DNA of 64,000 bases from the human T2T-CHM13v2.0 reference genome, Homo sapiens. Location of the stretch: the NCBI RefSeq assembly GCF_009914755.1, contig NC_060938.1. One strand, 5' to 3'. Under the pieces are notes generated by a model. It was not told the origin of the DNA, did not search any database, and worked only from the letters and a program-made list of their open reading frames with translations. Position numbers and translations under genes: made by a program. Below are positions 23,640-48,695 of this stretch, piece by piece. Numbering within the stretch: the first letter of the stretch is position 1; each line of letters starts with the position of its first letter.

Positions 23640-26420
23640 GACACAGAGAAGGTAATGTCAGCAAAAAAGGCAGAGTGGAGACCTCTGAAAATCTCTCCTT
23701 CATAAAAGCAACAAAAACATGGCAAAGTTGTAAAAATCAACTTTTTCAAAACTGTAGAAATAAACCAAAGGATTGTGGCAATCCGGGGAGTGTCCATTAA
23801 ACAAATATGGCTGAATCTTGGTAGGAGCTACAAATTTTATGGCATTTTAACTTGCTACTCCCATTTCACTCCTTCCCATTTCCACAGTATCCATGAAATC
23901 CAATAGCCCACAGTCACTGTAAAAATCAGCAGCCACTGGAGGGGGCAGAACAGCGTTGGAGCCCCTTCAAAGTCCCATCCCTAAACAACTGTCATCTGAT
24001 ATATCTGGTGGTTCTGTGGAAGACTACTAGCAAAGCCATCTTTATTTGACCTGTAATCAAGCTCATCCAGCATAAACAGGTGTCTCCATGGGCACTTTTG
24101 GTCAAAAACAATCAGAAACAACTGTCTAATATTGTGGCTGCCTGAGGTATAAGATAATATTTGAGGCAAACAAGAAGCTAACTAAAAAGCTTAAAAAGAA
24201 AAGCTGGGAAATGAGATGTATGCAGGGGACTTTGAAAAACTCTGACATATTCCTGAGAACCTAGAAGGCCATACTCATGTAGCACTGTGCACATGCTCAG
24301 AAAAGACCAGAGGAGGACCTAAACTCTCACCTCTGACTAACATTAAGGCTTTGCACAGGCAGGAAGAGCTCAAGCAGAGTTGTAAATTCCTGGCTGAATG
24401 TTGAAGGCATGCCCCAACACACACATAGAGCCCCCTGGCAAAGACCAGAGGACTTACATGTTTTAGGCATCCAAGGAAATCTCTGCTCATTCAATAGCTT
24501 CTCTGCCCATTCACTCAACCACTAAGCTAACTGTGCAGAGACTTCAGTAACCACAGACAACAAAAAATATAGACTTCACAAAACAAACAACAAATAACCC
24601 TGGGGAGGTGGGTGAATCTGATTTCCAGAGTTTCCACATTATATTAAATGTCTATAGTTTTTTAGTCAGACACAGTGGCACATGCCTGTAGTCTTGGCTA
24701 CTCAGGAGGCTGAGGCAAGAGGATCTCAAGCCCAGTAGTTCAAATCCAGCCTGGGCAACACAGCAAGACCCAGTACCTAAAAAATAAAAGTTTTCAACAA
24801 AAAAATAACTAGGCATGCAGAAAAACAAGTAGGACCTATACACAGAGGAAAAGCAGTCAATATAAACTACTCCTAAGAAAGCCCAGACACTGAACTTTTT
24901 AGAATTTTTTAATTTAGAGACAGGGTCTCACTCTGTTGCCCAGGCTGGGTGCCACACTGTAGCCTCGCCCTCCTAGGCTCAACCAATTCTCCCACATCAG
25001 CCTCCTGAGGTGCTGGGACTACAGGTGCATGTGCCACCATGCCCGGCTAATTTTTTTATTTTTTGTGGAGATGGGGGGTCTCACTATGTTGCTCAGGTTA
25101 GTCTCAAACTCCCAGGTCAAGCGATCCTCCCACCTCGGCCTCCCGAAGTGCTGGGATTACAGGCATGAGCCACCGCACCTAGCCCTAGACTAAGACTTCA
25201 AATCATCTATTATAAATATGTTGAAAGAACTAAAGAAAATAATGTCTAAAGAACTAAAGGAAAACATATGAGAATGATATTTTACCAAATAAAGAATGTT
25301 AATAAACACACAAAAATTTTAAGAAAGAATCAAACAGAAATTCTGGAATTGGGAAGTACAGAAACTGAAATGAAAAACTCAATAGAAGGGCTCAACAGCA
25401 GCTATGAGCAGGCAGAACAATCAACCAACTTGAAGATAGGTCAACTGAGATTAGCCAGTCTGAGAACCAGAAAGAACAAATAATAAGGAAAAATGAACAG
25501 AGCCTCAGAAACCTGTGGGACACCATTAAGTATACCAACATATGCATGATGAGAATCAAGGAAGGAAAGAGAAGGACAGAAAAAATAATTGGAGAAATAA
25601 CAGCCCAAAATTTCCCATGTGATAGAAAACATTACACATCCAAGAGGCTCAACGAATTACAAGATAAACTAAAAGAGATTCACATCAAGATACATCAAAT
25701 CAAATGATTAAAAGCCAATAAAAATAAGAAAATCTTGAAAACATCAAAGAGAAGCAATTCATCACATACTAAGGATCCTCCCAAAGCAGCTGACTTTTCA
25801 TCAGAAAACATGGCAGCAGTGGGATATATTCAAAGTGCTGAAAGAAAAGAGATTGTCTATATCCAACAAAACTATCCTTTAAAAATGAAGGAGAAATTAA
25901 ATTATTCCCATATTAAAACAGAAAAGAACTTCTTGCTAACAGACTTACCCTAAAGAAATACTAAAGGGAGTCTTTCAGGCTAAAATATAAACACACCAGA
26001 GAGTAATTCAAATCCACCTAAAAAATAAAGAGTGCTAGTAAAGTTAACTCCATACGTAACTACAAAAGATAGTATAAACGTATTTCTGGGGGGCGGGGGG
26101 GAGTCTTTTTTTCTTCCCAATTTAAAAGGCAATCACATTAAGCAATAATTAGACATCTGTGTTGATGGGTATACAATAGAGGGACATAACTTGTAGCACA
26201 ACAACTGCACAAAGAGAGGAAAGGAAATAAAGCTTTATAGGAACAAAGTTCTTTTATATACTATTATAATTAAAATGGGTATTAATCCTAACTAGGGCAA
26301 CCAATAGGAAAATAACTCAAAAAGATACAATTCCAAGTCACTGCAAGAATCTTTAAAAAAAAAAAAAGCAAGATTTTAAATGGTACCCAGGAAAATATAT
26401 TAGCATAAAAGGCTAGTAAT
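23640..26420 (+). mobile_element. Old L1M 5' UTR and ORF1 relic, with Alu inserts at 24664-24790(+) and 24903-25185(-)
   Basis: ORF1-like remnants KNQTEILEL...EMKNSIEGLNS, LWDTIKYTNIC and ADFSSENM. Confidence 0.8.
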
Positions 26421-27484
26421 GATGAATGAGAAAAACAAAAAGGTATCTGATCTTCGGTAGTGAGGTTATCTTCCCCAGGGACCCTGTTTAAATAATAATG
26501 TTACACGTCAACCCATTCCTTATCAATCTTCTCTGCTTTACTTTCCTCTATATAGCACTTAACACCACCCAACAAACTTTACTTTCTATCCACTAGAATT
26601 TAAGCTTCAACAGGGCAATGGCTTTATTTTATTTATAGTGGCTGGCACACAGCAGGGGCTAAATAAACAGCCGATGAAGAAAAAAAAAAAACAATAGGTA
26701 GAGATAAGCCTTACAAGGACAGAAATGTTTCTCATATTAACAGCAACCTAAGAAAAGGGGATGTGTGTGCACATATACAATCTGTAGACTTGGTAACAAT
26801 AAAGAACTCCCCACCAGATAGGATTCTATTGTCTCCGTTAAGTAGGAGTTGTAAAGACATATACTGAGTGAGGCAGAGGGGGTAGGGCTGAAGGTTTACA
26901 GAGAGTACCTAGCTGTGTTGGATGCTTCTGTTGAAATTGGTATCTAAGTCAGATTAAAAATCTGGTATGTTTGGCCACTGCAGCCTTAAATGAGCAGGTG
27001 ATATCATATGAAACTGTCCACCAAAAATTCATATATTCTTAACAACTTAAACAAAAATCAGTGTTTGAATTTTAGAAGAATAAAAAGCAGCAGCCAAATG
27101 CAGTGACTCACTCCTGTAATGCCAGCACTTTGGGAGGCCAAAGTGGGAGGACTGCTTGAAGCCAGGAGTTCAAAATCAGCATGGGCAACACAGCAAGACC
27201 ATCTCTACAAAAAAATTTAAAAATTTTGCCAGGCATGGTGATGTGCGCCTGCAGTTACAGCTACTCGGGAGGTTAAAGCGGAAGAATCACTTGAGCCCAG
27301 AAGATCAAGGTTGTAATGAGCTATGATCCTGCCACTGCTACTGCACTCCAGCCTGGGCAACAGAGTGAGACCCCACCTAAAAAAAAAAAAACTGAATGCC
27401 CTGAATTCACATTTTGAGAAAAGCACCACATCAGATAGAAAGCACTAAATTTATCATAGTCAAGTAAAACTCGGTCGTACCAAA

Positions 27485-29200
<1,716 letters not shown>

Positions 29201-29227
29201 AAACAACTCAAGCTGGATCATAGACCT

Positions 29228-29610
29228 TGCTGTGGTTTGGAGTCTGTCCCCTCCAAACCTCATTTGAAATTTGATTTCCAATGCTGGAGGTGGAGCCTAA
29301 TGATATTTGGGTCATGGAGGGTGGATCCCTCATGAATAGATTAATGCCTTCTATGGAGGTGGCTAGCAAGTGAGTTCTCACTCCATTAGTTCCAGCAAAA
29401 GCTGACTGTTGCTCTCTCGCCATGCAATCTCTGTACGCACTGCTTTCTTTTGCCTTCAGCCATGAGTGGAAGCAGACTGAAGCCCTCACCAGATACAGAT
29501 GCTCGATCTTGAACTTGCCAACCAACAGAATTGAGTCAAATAAAACCTTTTTTCTTTGTAAGTCACCCAGCCTGAAGTGTTCCTTATAGCAACACAAAAT
29601 AAACTAAGAC
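29228..29610 (+). mobile_element. MST-type MaLR solo LTR
   Basis: Starts TGCTGTGGTTTGG; ends ATAGCAACACAAAATAAACTAAGAC; internal AATAAA. Confidence 0.75.
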
Positions 29611-30309
29611 CTTAATGCAAAACACATCTTTCTTTAAAAAAAAAAAAAAAAAAAAAAAAACTTGGTAGCAAAGCGAGATTTCTTGTACAGGATACAAAAA
29701 GCACTAGTTGGCTAGGAATGGTGGTTCATGCCTATAATCCCAACACTTTGGGAGGCCGACAGAGGCCTCCCAGGCACTTAAGCCCAGGAGTTTAAGACCA
29801 GCCTGGACAACAGAGTGAGACCTCATCTCAACAAAGAAGTTTCTGGGTGGGCGCAGTGGCTCACACTTGTAATCTCAGCACTTTGGGAGGCCAAGGCAGG
29901 CATATTACTTGAGCCCAAGCATTCGAGACCAGCTTAGGCAGCATGGTGAAACCCCATCTCTACAAAAAATACAAAAAATTAGCCGGGTGTGATGGCATGC
30001 GCCTGTAGTCCCAGCTACTCGGGAGGCTGAGAGGTGGGAAGATCACCTGAGCTCAGGAGGTTGAGGATGCAGTGAACCATGATCACACTGCCACACTCCA
30101 GTCCAGCCTAGGCAACAGGGTGCAACCCTGCCTAAAAAAAAAGTTAAAAAAAAAAAATTAGCGGAGTATGGTGGCACACACCTGTAGTCCCAGCTACTTG
30201 GTGGGGAGCTAAAGTAGGAATCACTTAAGCCATTGCATTCCAGCCAGGGTGACAGAGCAAGACCCTGTCTGAAAAAGAAAAGTACTAGTTGTGTTTCTAA
30301 AATAAGTTA

Positions 30310-31438
<1,129 letters not shown>

Positions 31439-31678
31439 ATACTAATGGAGATGTAAGAGAGAATTGTGAAAAGATTCACTAACAGATGACTTGAAGAAAT
31501 CTGACACCAAAGAATTCAGCAGGTATAGAATATCCTGCAGGCAGGCTCTACTCAAAATACAAGAATGATAAACTCTATTTTTACATAGCTAAAATTTTTT
31601 AAATCACAAGGGTGAACATCAGACAGAAAGTTATCTGGAGAGTTGGATAACCAATTATAAGTACAGCTCAGAAAACAT

Positions 31679-34931
<3,253 letters not shown>

Positions 34932-35111
34932 CTATGTATACTGAAATAAAATATTTAAAATAAATTAACTTAGTATGAGTTTCTTTTGTATCGATATATA
35001 CATCCCAACAATTATTGACTGCAACAATTATATTACTACCGGTACTAGACATGAAAGGATATGAGATGACATAGCTATACACACACACCAATACATATAT
35101 ATAGTTGTATA

Positions 35112-35340
35112 TCAGGGTTTCCCAACCTCGGCAATTATTAACATTTTGGGCTAATATTTTATTTGGGACATGGAGGGCTGTCCCGTGCGTGTTTAGTAGC
35201 ATCCCTGTCCACTCTCCACTAAATGCCAGGACCACCTGCCTCCAAATGTGATAACCAAAAATGTCTCCAGACCTTGCCAAATAAATGCCCCATGGGAGCA
35301 AAACTACCCCCCCGCCCCCGCGCCCCAGTTGAAAACCACT
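35112..35340 (+). mobile_element. MER20 hAT element
   Basis: CAGGGTTTCCCAACCTCGGC...AAAAATGTCTCCAGAC...GTTGAAAACCACT. Confidence 0.8.
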
Positions 35341-35651
35341 TTTGCATTTGTACGGAAAAAATTCTGAAAAGACATGCACCCAAAAATATAGCAGTGGTTG
35401 TTCCTGGAAAATCAGGATTACAAAAAACCATTGCCAATTTTTTTTTTTTTTTTTTACATTTCTGTAACTTAATTTTCATATAAATGTATTACTTTAACTA
35501 CAAATAAAAAATATTAAAAACTAATATAAAAACTCTCAAAATAAATAGAAGTGGCTAAACATAAACACAAAAAAATTTAAATACATCATAAAATAAAATC
35601 TTAGTAAGTAATAAAGCATATTTGACAGTTTCTAAACAATCAGTAAAAAAG

Positions 35652-39225
<3,574 letters not shown>

Positions 39226-39442
39226 ATTATAGTGAAAAATAGGTTATATAGTTTGCCACATTGTACCAGAAAAGGATGAAAACATTTGCTTTCATCTACC
39301 TACATAAAAAACACTAGAGAGGGACACACACAGACTAAAAAAAAAGTAGTCGATTACTAACTTGGCAGTGGGGGGTGGTAGACAGGATCATGGTGAGTAT
39401 AAGACTTAATTTTGAACCACATATTACTTATTCAAAATATAA

Positions 39443-41793
<2,351 letters not shown>

Positions 41794-41804
41794 TTCAATA
41801 CTGT

Positions 41805-43570
41805 TTTTCATTAGGGGAATGTAAATTAAAAACAGTGAGATACCACTGCATAACTACCAAAATGGTTAAAATCCAAATCACTACAACTCCAAAAGCTGAA
41901 AGGGGAGCAATAATAATTCTCACTCATTACTGGTGGGAATGCAAAATGGTACAGCCACTTTGGAAGATCATGTGGCAGTTTCTTACATAATTAAATATAA
42001 TCTTACCATATGATCCAACAATCACACTCCCTGGTATTTACTCAAATTACATGAAAACTTATACGTCCACACAAAAACCTGCACATGGATGTTTACAGCC
42101 TTTACTCATAATTGTCAAAACTTGAAAGTAACCAAGATACCCTCCAAAAGGTGAACAAACTGTAGCACATCCATAAATGGAATATTGTTCAGCACTAAAA
42201 AGAAATAATCAACCCATAGAAAAGACAAGGAGAAGCCTTAAATACACTGCTACTAAGTGAAAAGGCTACATATTATACGATTCAAACTAAGGCAACCCTC
42301 TGTATCCAAGGGTTCCCCATTCACAGATTCAAACAATGGCAAGGCAAAAATATTCCAGAAAAATAATAAAAATATATATATATATATTTTGAGACAGAGT
42401 CTCGCTCTGTCGCCCAGGCTAGAGTGCAGTGGCGCGATCTCGACTCACTACAACCTCCACCTCCCGGGTTAAAGCGATTCTCCTGCCCTCAGCTTCCCAA
42501 GTAGCTGGGATTACAGGCACGTGCCAGCACACCTGGCTAACTTTTATATTTTTAGTAGAAACGGCGTTTCACCGTATTGGCCAGGCTGGTCTCAAACTCC
42601 TGACCTTGTGATCCACCCGCTTTGGCCTCCCAAAGTGCTGGGATTACAGTCATGAGCCACTGCGCCCAGCCAAAAAATAATTTTTAAAAATTATAGCAAC
42701 TAGCCAGGTGCAGTAGCTGACACCTGTAATCCTAGCACTTTGGGAGGCCAAGGATGGCAGATAGCTTGAGCCCAGAAGCTCAAAACCAGCCTCAGCAACT
42801 TAGCAAAACTCTGTCTCTAGAAAAAATACAAAAATTAGCCAGGTGTGGTGGCGGGTGCCTGTAGTCCTAGCTACTCAGGAGGCTGAGGTGGGAGGATCAC
42901 CTGAACCCAGAGATCGAGGCTGCAGTGAGCAGTGATTGTTTTACTGCACTCCAGCCTGGGTGACAGACTGAGACCCTGTCTCAAATAAAAAGTTTTAAAA
43001 AGTGTAACAACTATTTACATAGCATTTAGATTATATAAGTAATCTAGGCCGGGCGCAGTGGCTCACGCCTGTAATCCCAGCACTTTGGGAGGCCAAGGCA
43101 GGCAAATCACAAGGTCAGGAGATCGAGACCATCCTGGCTAACAAGGTGAAACCCCGTCTCTACTAAAAATACAAAAAATTAGCCGGGCGTGGTGGCGGGT
43201 GCCTGTAGTCCCACCTACTAGGGAGGCTGAGGCAGAGGAGAATGGCGTGAACCCAGGAGGCAGAGCTTGCAGTGAGCCGAGATCGCGCCACTGCACTCCA
43301 CCCTGGGCGACGCAGCGAGACTCCGTCTCAAAAAAAAAAAAAAAGTAATCTAGAGATTTAAAATATACAGGAAGATGTGCATAAGTTACAAACTCATTGT
43401 ATTGAGGGACTTGAGCATCTGAGGATTTTGTATCCTGGAGGAGAACCCCTGGAACAAATTTCCCCCAAGGATACCATGGGAAGGTATATGAATGTATTCT
43501 GGAAAAGGCAAAACTTTGGGGTAGGAGACTACTTGTACTTTCTGCTAAATTTTGCTGTGAACCTAAATTG
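41805..43570 (+). mobile_element. L1M 3' region containing a reverse MER2 (~42290-43485), itself split by Alus 42373-42672(-), 42702-42990(+) and 43047-43344(+, AluY)
   Basis: L1 ORF2 C-terminal motifs (GGTGGGAATGCAAAATGGTACAGCCACTTTGGAAG) and MER2 pieces. AluY TSD AAGTAATCTA. Confidence 0.72.
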
Positions 43571-44009
43571 TCTTATGAGGGGCAGTGAGTGTATACACAC
43601 AAAAGCGAGCATACACAGTTATTTAGGCTGCGCACGGTGGCTCACACCTGAAATCCCAGCACTTTGGGAGGCCAAGGCGGGTGATCACTTGAGGTCAGGA
43701 GTTCAAGACCAGCCTGGCCAACATGGTGAAACCCCGTATCTACTAAAAATACAAAATAATTAGCTGGGCATGGTGGTGCATGCCTGTAATCCCAGCTACT
43801 CAAGGGGCTGAGGCAGGAGAATTGCTTGAACCTGGGAGGCGGAGGTTACAGTGAGCCGGGATTGCGCCCACTGCACTCCAGCCTGGGCAACAAAATGAAA
43901 CCCTGCCTCAATTTAAAAAAAAAAAAAAAGGAAATTAATTTAAATAAATTTAAAACCATTTTGTTAAAAAAAAAAAACCTTAATAAAAATATATTTCAGG
44001 TCATGGGTA

Positions 44010-44671
44010 AAGAGTCTCTGTAGTCATGGCAACAGCCGAGGCAGGCTGCCTGCATACCAGCTACCAGTGATGGGGAGAAGCTGCCAGTCTACATCAGCCT
44101 GGGCCATAGTAAGCTGCTGCCACGGGGCCAGCAGGGTGGGCACCATGTTGCATTCATCTCTGTACCCCCAGCATCTAGCAGTGTTGGCATGTAGTGGGCA
44201 CTCAAAGAAATGTGTGTTGAATGAACAATACCTGTGACAAGCAAGCGAACTTTATTCTTTCTCGACCCTTGTTCCTATGACACACCTCCTCCTGACTGTC
44301 ACCGTCACTCCTTCAGAGCAGAGCTTCTCTAGGGAACTTGGATGCGAAACAACTATGGTAAAGGACATCCTGGCTGAAGAGGGACTGCACTTTGATGAGT
44401 TGAACAAGCTGTGGGTGTTGGACTCAGAGGTTACCCAGCAGACCACAGAGCTCAAAGAAGAGTGCAAGAACTTTGCGGACAAAACTGGCCAGTTTCAGAA
44501 AACAGTTGGTGGTTTAATTGAGCTTGTTGATAAACTTGCAAAAAAAGCGTAAAATGCGAAGATGAGGGCCATGGTGCTCCGAACTTGCTCAAATCAATAG
44601 CAAAGCAGAGAGAAGCTCAACAACTTCAGAACTCAGTAACTTCAAGCACTAATAGAATAAAAGAAAATTTA
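44010..44671 (+). pseudogene. IFT20 processed pseudogene, 3'-truncated
   Basis: Intronless ORF 44277-44552 gives MTHLLL...[68 protein letters not shown]20-like (about 12 differences in 65 aa from IFT20 as recalled). Premature TAA at 44550. Homology continues (NAKMRA / GAPNLLKSIAKQREAQQ / LQALI) with a frameshift, a small insertion and more stops, ending at an Alu at 44672. Confidence 0.93.
44020..44033 (+). promoter_or_regulatory. RFX X-box motif GTAGTCATGGCAAC at the 5' end of the IFT20 retrocopy
   Basis: Matches all 14 positions of the X-box consensus RTHNYYWTRRNRAC found in ciliary gene promoters. Confidence 0.55.
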
Positions 44672-46421
44672 GGCAGGGCATAGTGGCTCACACCTGTAAT
44701 CCCAGCATTTTGGGAGGCCAGGGTGGGCAGATCACCTGAGGTCGGGAGTTTGAGACCAGACTGGCCAATATGGTGAAACCCCATCCCTACTAAAATTCAA
44801 AAAATTAGTCGGGCATGGTGGCACACCTATAATCCCAGCTACTCTGGAGGCTGAGGCATGCCAGGCATAGTGGCTCATGCCTTTAATCCCAGCACTCCTG
44901 AGATGCCAAGGTAGGAGGATTACTTGAGGCCATGATCTCAAGACCAGCCTAGACAACATAGAAAGACCCTGTCTCTACTAAAAAAAAAATTAGCCAGGCG
45001 TGGTAGCACGTGCCTATAGTCCAAGCTATTTGGGAGGCTGAAGTGGGAGGACTATTTGAACCCAAGAGTTTTGAGGCTGCAGTGAGCTACGATCGCACCA
45101 CTGCATTCCAGCCTGTGCAACATAGTGAGACCCTGTCTCTTAAAAATAAATAAAATAATAGAAAATAATAATTTGGAATGGACAATGAATGGATAGAAGT
45201 ACAGGTAAAACAAGACTGATCATGAGTCGTTGCTGTTTAAGATGAGTGACACGTTTGTGGGAGGTCACAATACTATATTATTTTCTTACATGTTTGAAAC
45301 TTTTCATAAAAAAATTAAAGGAGGGTTATATATAATACAATTGTCTTTATGATAAAAAGGATAAACTGTTAAGAGGGGCAATGGATGAAACAAACCTGTC
45401 AGGAGATTATCTCAAAGAATTCTGGCAGGAGGAGTACTCTGAACTAAGGCAGTATTAGTACAGAAACAAAAAGCACAGATTGAATCAGTTACTTCCTTAG
45501 ATCAGCAGTCAGGCTTCATGGGCATTCTAAGCAAAATTTTCTTACCTTTTTTGAAAAAAAACTAGAAGAGGCTCCACAGCATTCATAATATATGCAAAGG
45601 GGACTATACAATCCCCCAAAAAATCAAGCATCAGTGAATTAGAATATACTTTAGGATACTGATGTTACCTATATTACTTAGCCTTTTGAATCATTATAGT
45701 CCAGTTCACTCATTTTCTTTTTTTTTTTTTTTCTTTTTTAGATACAGGGTCTCACTGTTGCCCAGGCTGGTCTCCAACTCCTGGGCTCAAGTGATCCTCC
45801 CATTTCAACCTCCCAAAGTGCTGGGATTACAAGCGTGAGACACCACACCTGGCCAGTTCACAGTTTAAATGAAGCTCTTTCCTACTTTAGAACTTCTGCT
45901 AAATGCTGTAGCTTCCAACTGGCATGTTCTTTGTACAATTAGGTATTCCCGATACTTCAGATCTAGAAGTATACATTTAGGAACTTTATGAGAATTAAAT
46001 GTACTGAAGAACCAAAAATAATGTCAACCATATAGAAAGTGTTCAATAGGTCAGGCGCAGTGGCTCATGCCTGTAATCCTAGCACTTTGGGAGGCCAAGG
46101 CAGGCGGATTACTTGAGGTCAGGAGTTCAAGACCAGCCTGGCCAACATGGTGAAACTCCATCTCTACAAAAAATACAAAAATTAGCTGGGCGTGTTGGTG
46201 GGTGCTTGTAATTCCAGCTACTCAGAAGACTGAGGCATGAGAACTGCCTGAACCCAGGAAGTGGAGGTTGCAGTGAGTTGAGATAGCACCACTGTACTCC
46301 AGCCTGAGTGACAGAGTGAAAACTGTCTCTAAAAAAAAAAAAAGAAAGTGCTCAATAAATATTAGGTATTATCTGAAACTCCATTACATATACAGGTTTC
46401 CTATCACCATTTATTCTCTCA

Positions 46422-46751
<330 letters not shown>

Positions 46752-47089
46752 TTATTTCTAGAGTATAAGCTCCCTGAGGACAAAGTCTGTGTCTCATACA
46801 TCATTATACACCCAGGATCTAGCACAAAATCGCACTCAAATATCACCAAATAATCATGCTGGAATCAATAAAACTCACAGGCCATACGCAGGGGGAAGGT
46901 TCAATGACCTCTATAGTACTAGCGATGGGGAGGATAGTGTTAACTTTAATGTGGCAAGGAATAAAGAATGAGCAAGTGTGTTTTGTCAAGGGAAAGAGGC
47001 AGGCACTTGAGATTAACTGAATGGATGTATTGAATGGGAGGTAGAAAAACTAAACGGAAGTTAGAAATACAAGGGACATCTGGACGCCA

Positions 47090-47280
47090 AAAATCTAGTA
47101 GTGGTTAAGAACATGGCCTCTACAGGCAGTCTAAGTTTAAATCCCAGTTCTACTGCCTCCTAGTTGCATAGATTACTTAACCTTTGGGCCTCGATATGCC
47201 AGTGTCAGAAAAAAGAAAAAAAAGACACCAATTATACCTGTATCAACCTCACTGAGTTGTTTTGAGATTTAAATGAATAC
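47090..47280 (+). mobile_element. MIR
   Basis: TAGTAGTGGTTAAGAACATGG...TTAAATCCCAGTTCT...TTACTTAACCT. Confidence 0.65.
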
Positions 47281-48048
47281 TGAATGAATTAAATGAATAC
47301 TGAAATACTGAAGCACTGAAATAACAATTAGGAAAGAGTAAATAAATGCTAGGTATTATTAAGATGGTACATGGTAGCTAAAAATCTGATTCTGAATATA
47401 CAGTGAGAACATAAAATAGAACCAGAACCCCACATAATAACAACTGGGAACAAAAGAAAGAAAACATATGAAGAAAAGTGATAAGTGGATGACAGGAAAA
47501 ACAGAGCGGAAGCAAAAGAAAACAGTTTTGAAGGATTTGTTAACAACAGAGTGTTGGTTAAGTACATACGGTTTATAAGGCCAAAGGATTTGGCAATTTG
47601 AAGGTCAATCATGAACAGAAAACATAGTGTTCTACGAAGTGTTTAGAAGGGAGGAGAGAAGAAAGCGAAAAGGCAGACTATAGAGTGGGGTTAATGGGTA
47701 GTGGAGGAGCATAAAGAGAATTCTAGATCAGTGGTCCCTAAACTTCATTTCAAGGGCTTCAAAAAGAAACAGGGAATCTGACACAAGGTAGTGGACTCCC
47801 TTAATACTATCAATAAAATTTTTTTAACTATTATCACCATCATCTGAAAAAGGAAATGCCTAACAGTAAAAATGTATGAAGGCTAAAAATCCCAGAACAA
47901 AGGGAACACCTTTATGAAAAATCACTGTCGGCCGGGCGCGGTGGTTCACGCCTGTAATCCCAGCACTTTGGGAGGCCAAGGTGTGCAGATCACGAGGTCA
48001 GGAGATCAAGACCATCCTGGCTAACACGGTGAAACCCCATTTCTACTA

Positions 48049-48264
<216 letters not shown>

Positions 48265-48499
48265 CTATGTCATATTTTTACACTTGGCAAACAAGCATTT
48301 TGTATATACCCAAAATCCACTTACTACATACAAACTATAAAGAAAAATATAAGGACACATTAGCAATATATATAAACTATGCCTTGCAGCAGCATCACAG
48401 GCGCTCAATAAAACTTTATTGAAATGTACTCAAGTGGTGTGGGCCATGCAATACTAGATGAAGAATTACAAGTCAGATTCCACTCTATAAAAAAGAGCT

Positions 48500-48695
48500 A
48501 AGACAGTATAACATAATGGTTACAAGAGTGGTAACATGACTACAGGCTTTGGAATCAGACAGACTTGGGTTCAAATCTCAGCTGCAATACTTTATGGCTA
48601 GGTGACCTTGGCAAAATGATTTAACCTACCTAAATTTGTCTCCTCACCTGTAAAACAGGAATACTCACCTCATGAGGTTATAGTGCTGATTAAAT
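48500..48695 (+). mobile_element. MIR
   Basis: GGCTTTGGAATCAGACAGACTTGGGTTCAAATCTCAGC...GTGACCTTGGCAA. Confidence 0.75.

Noticed and set aside
47269-47320. 20-bp-period AATACTGAA duplication
   Set aside because: Short slippage at a MIR end; no further structure.
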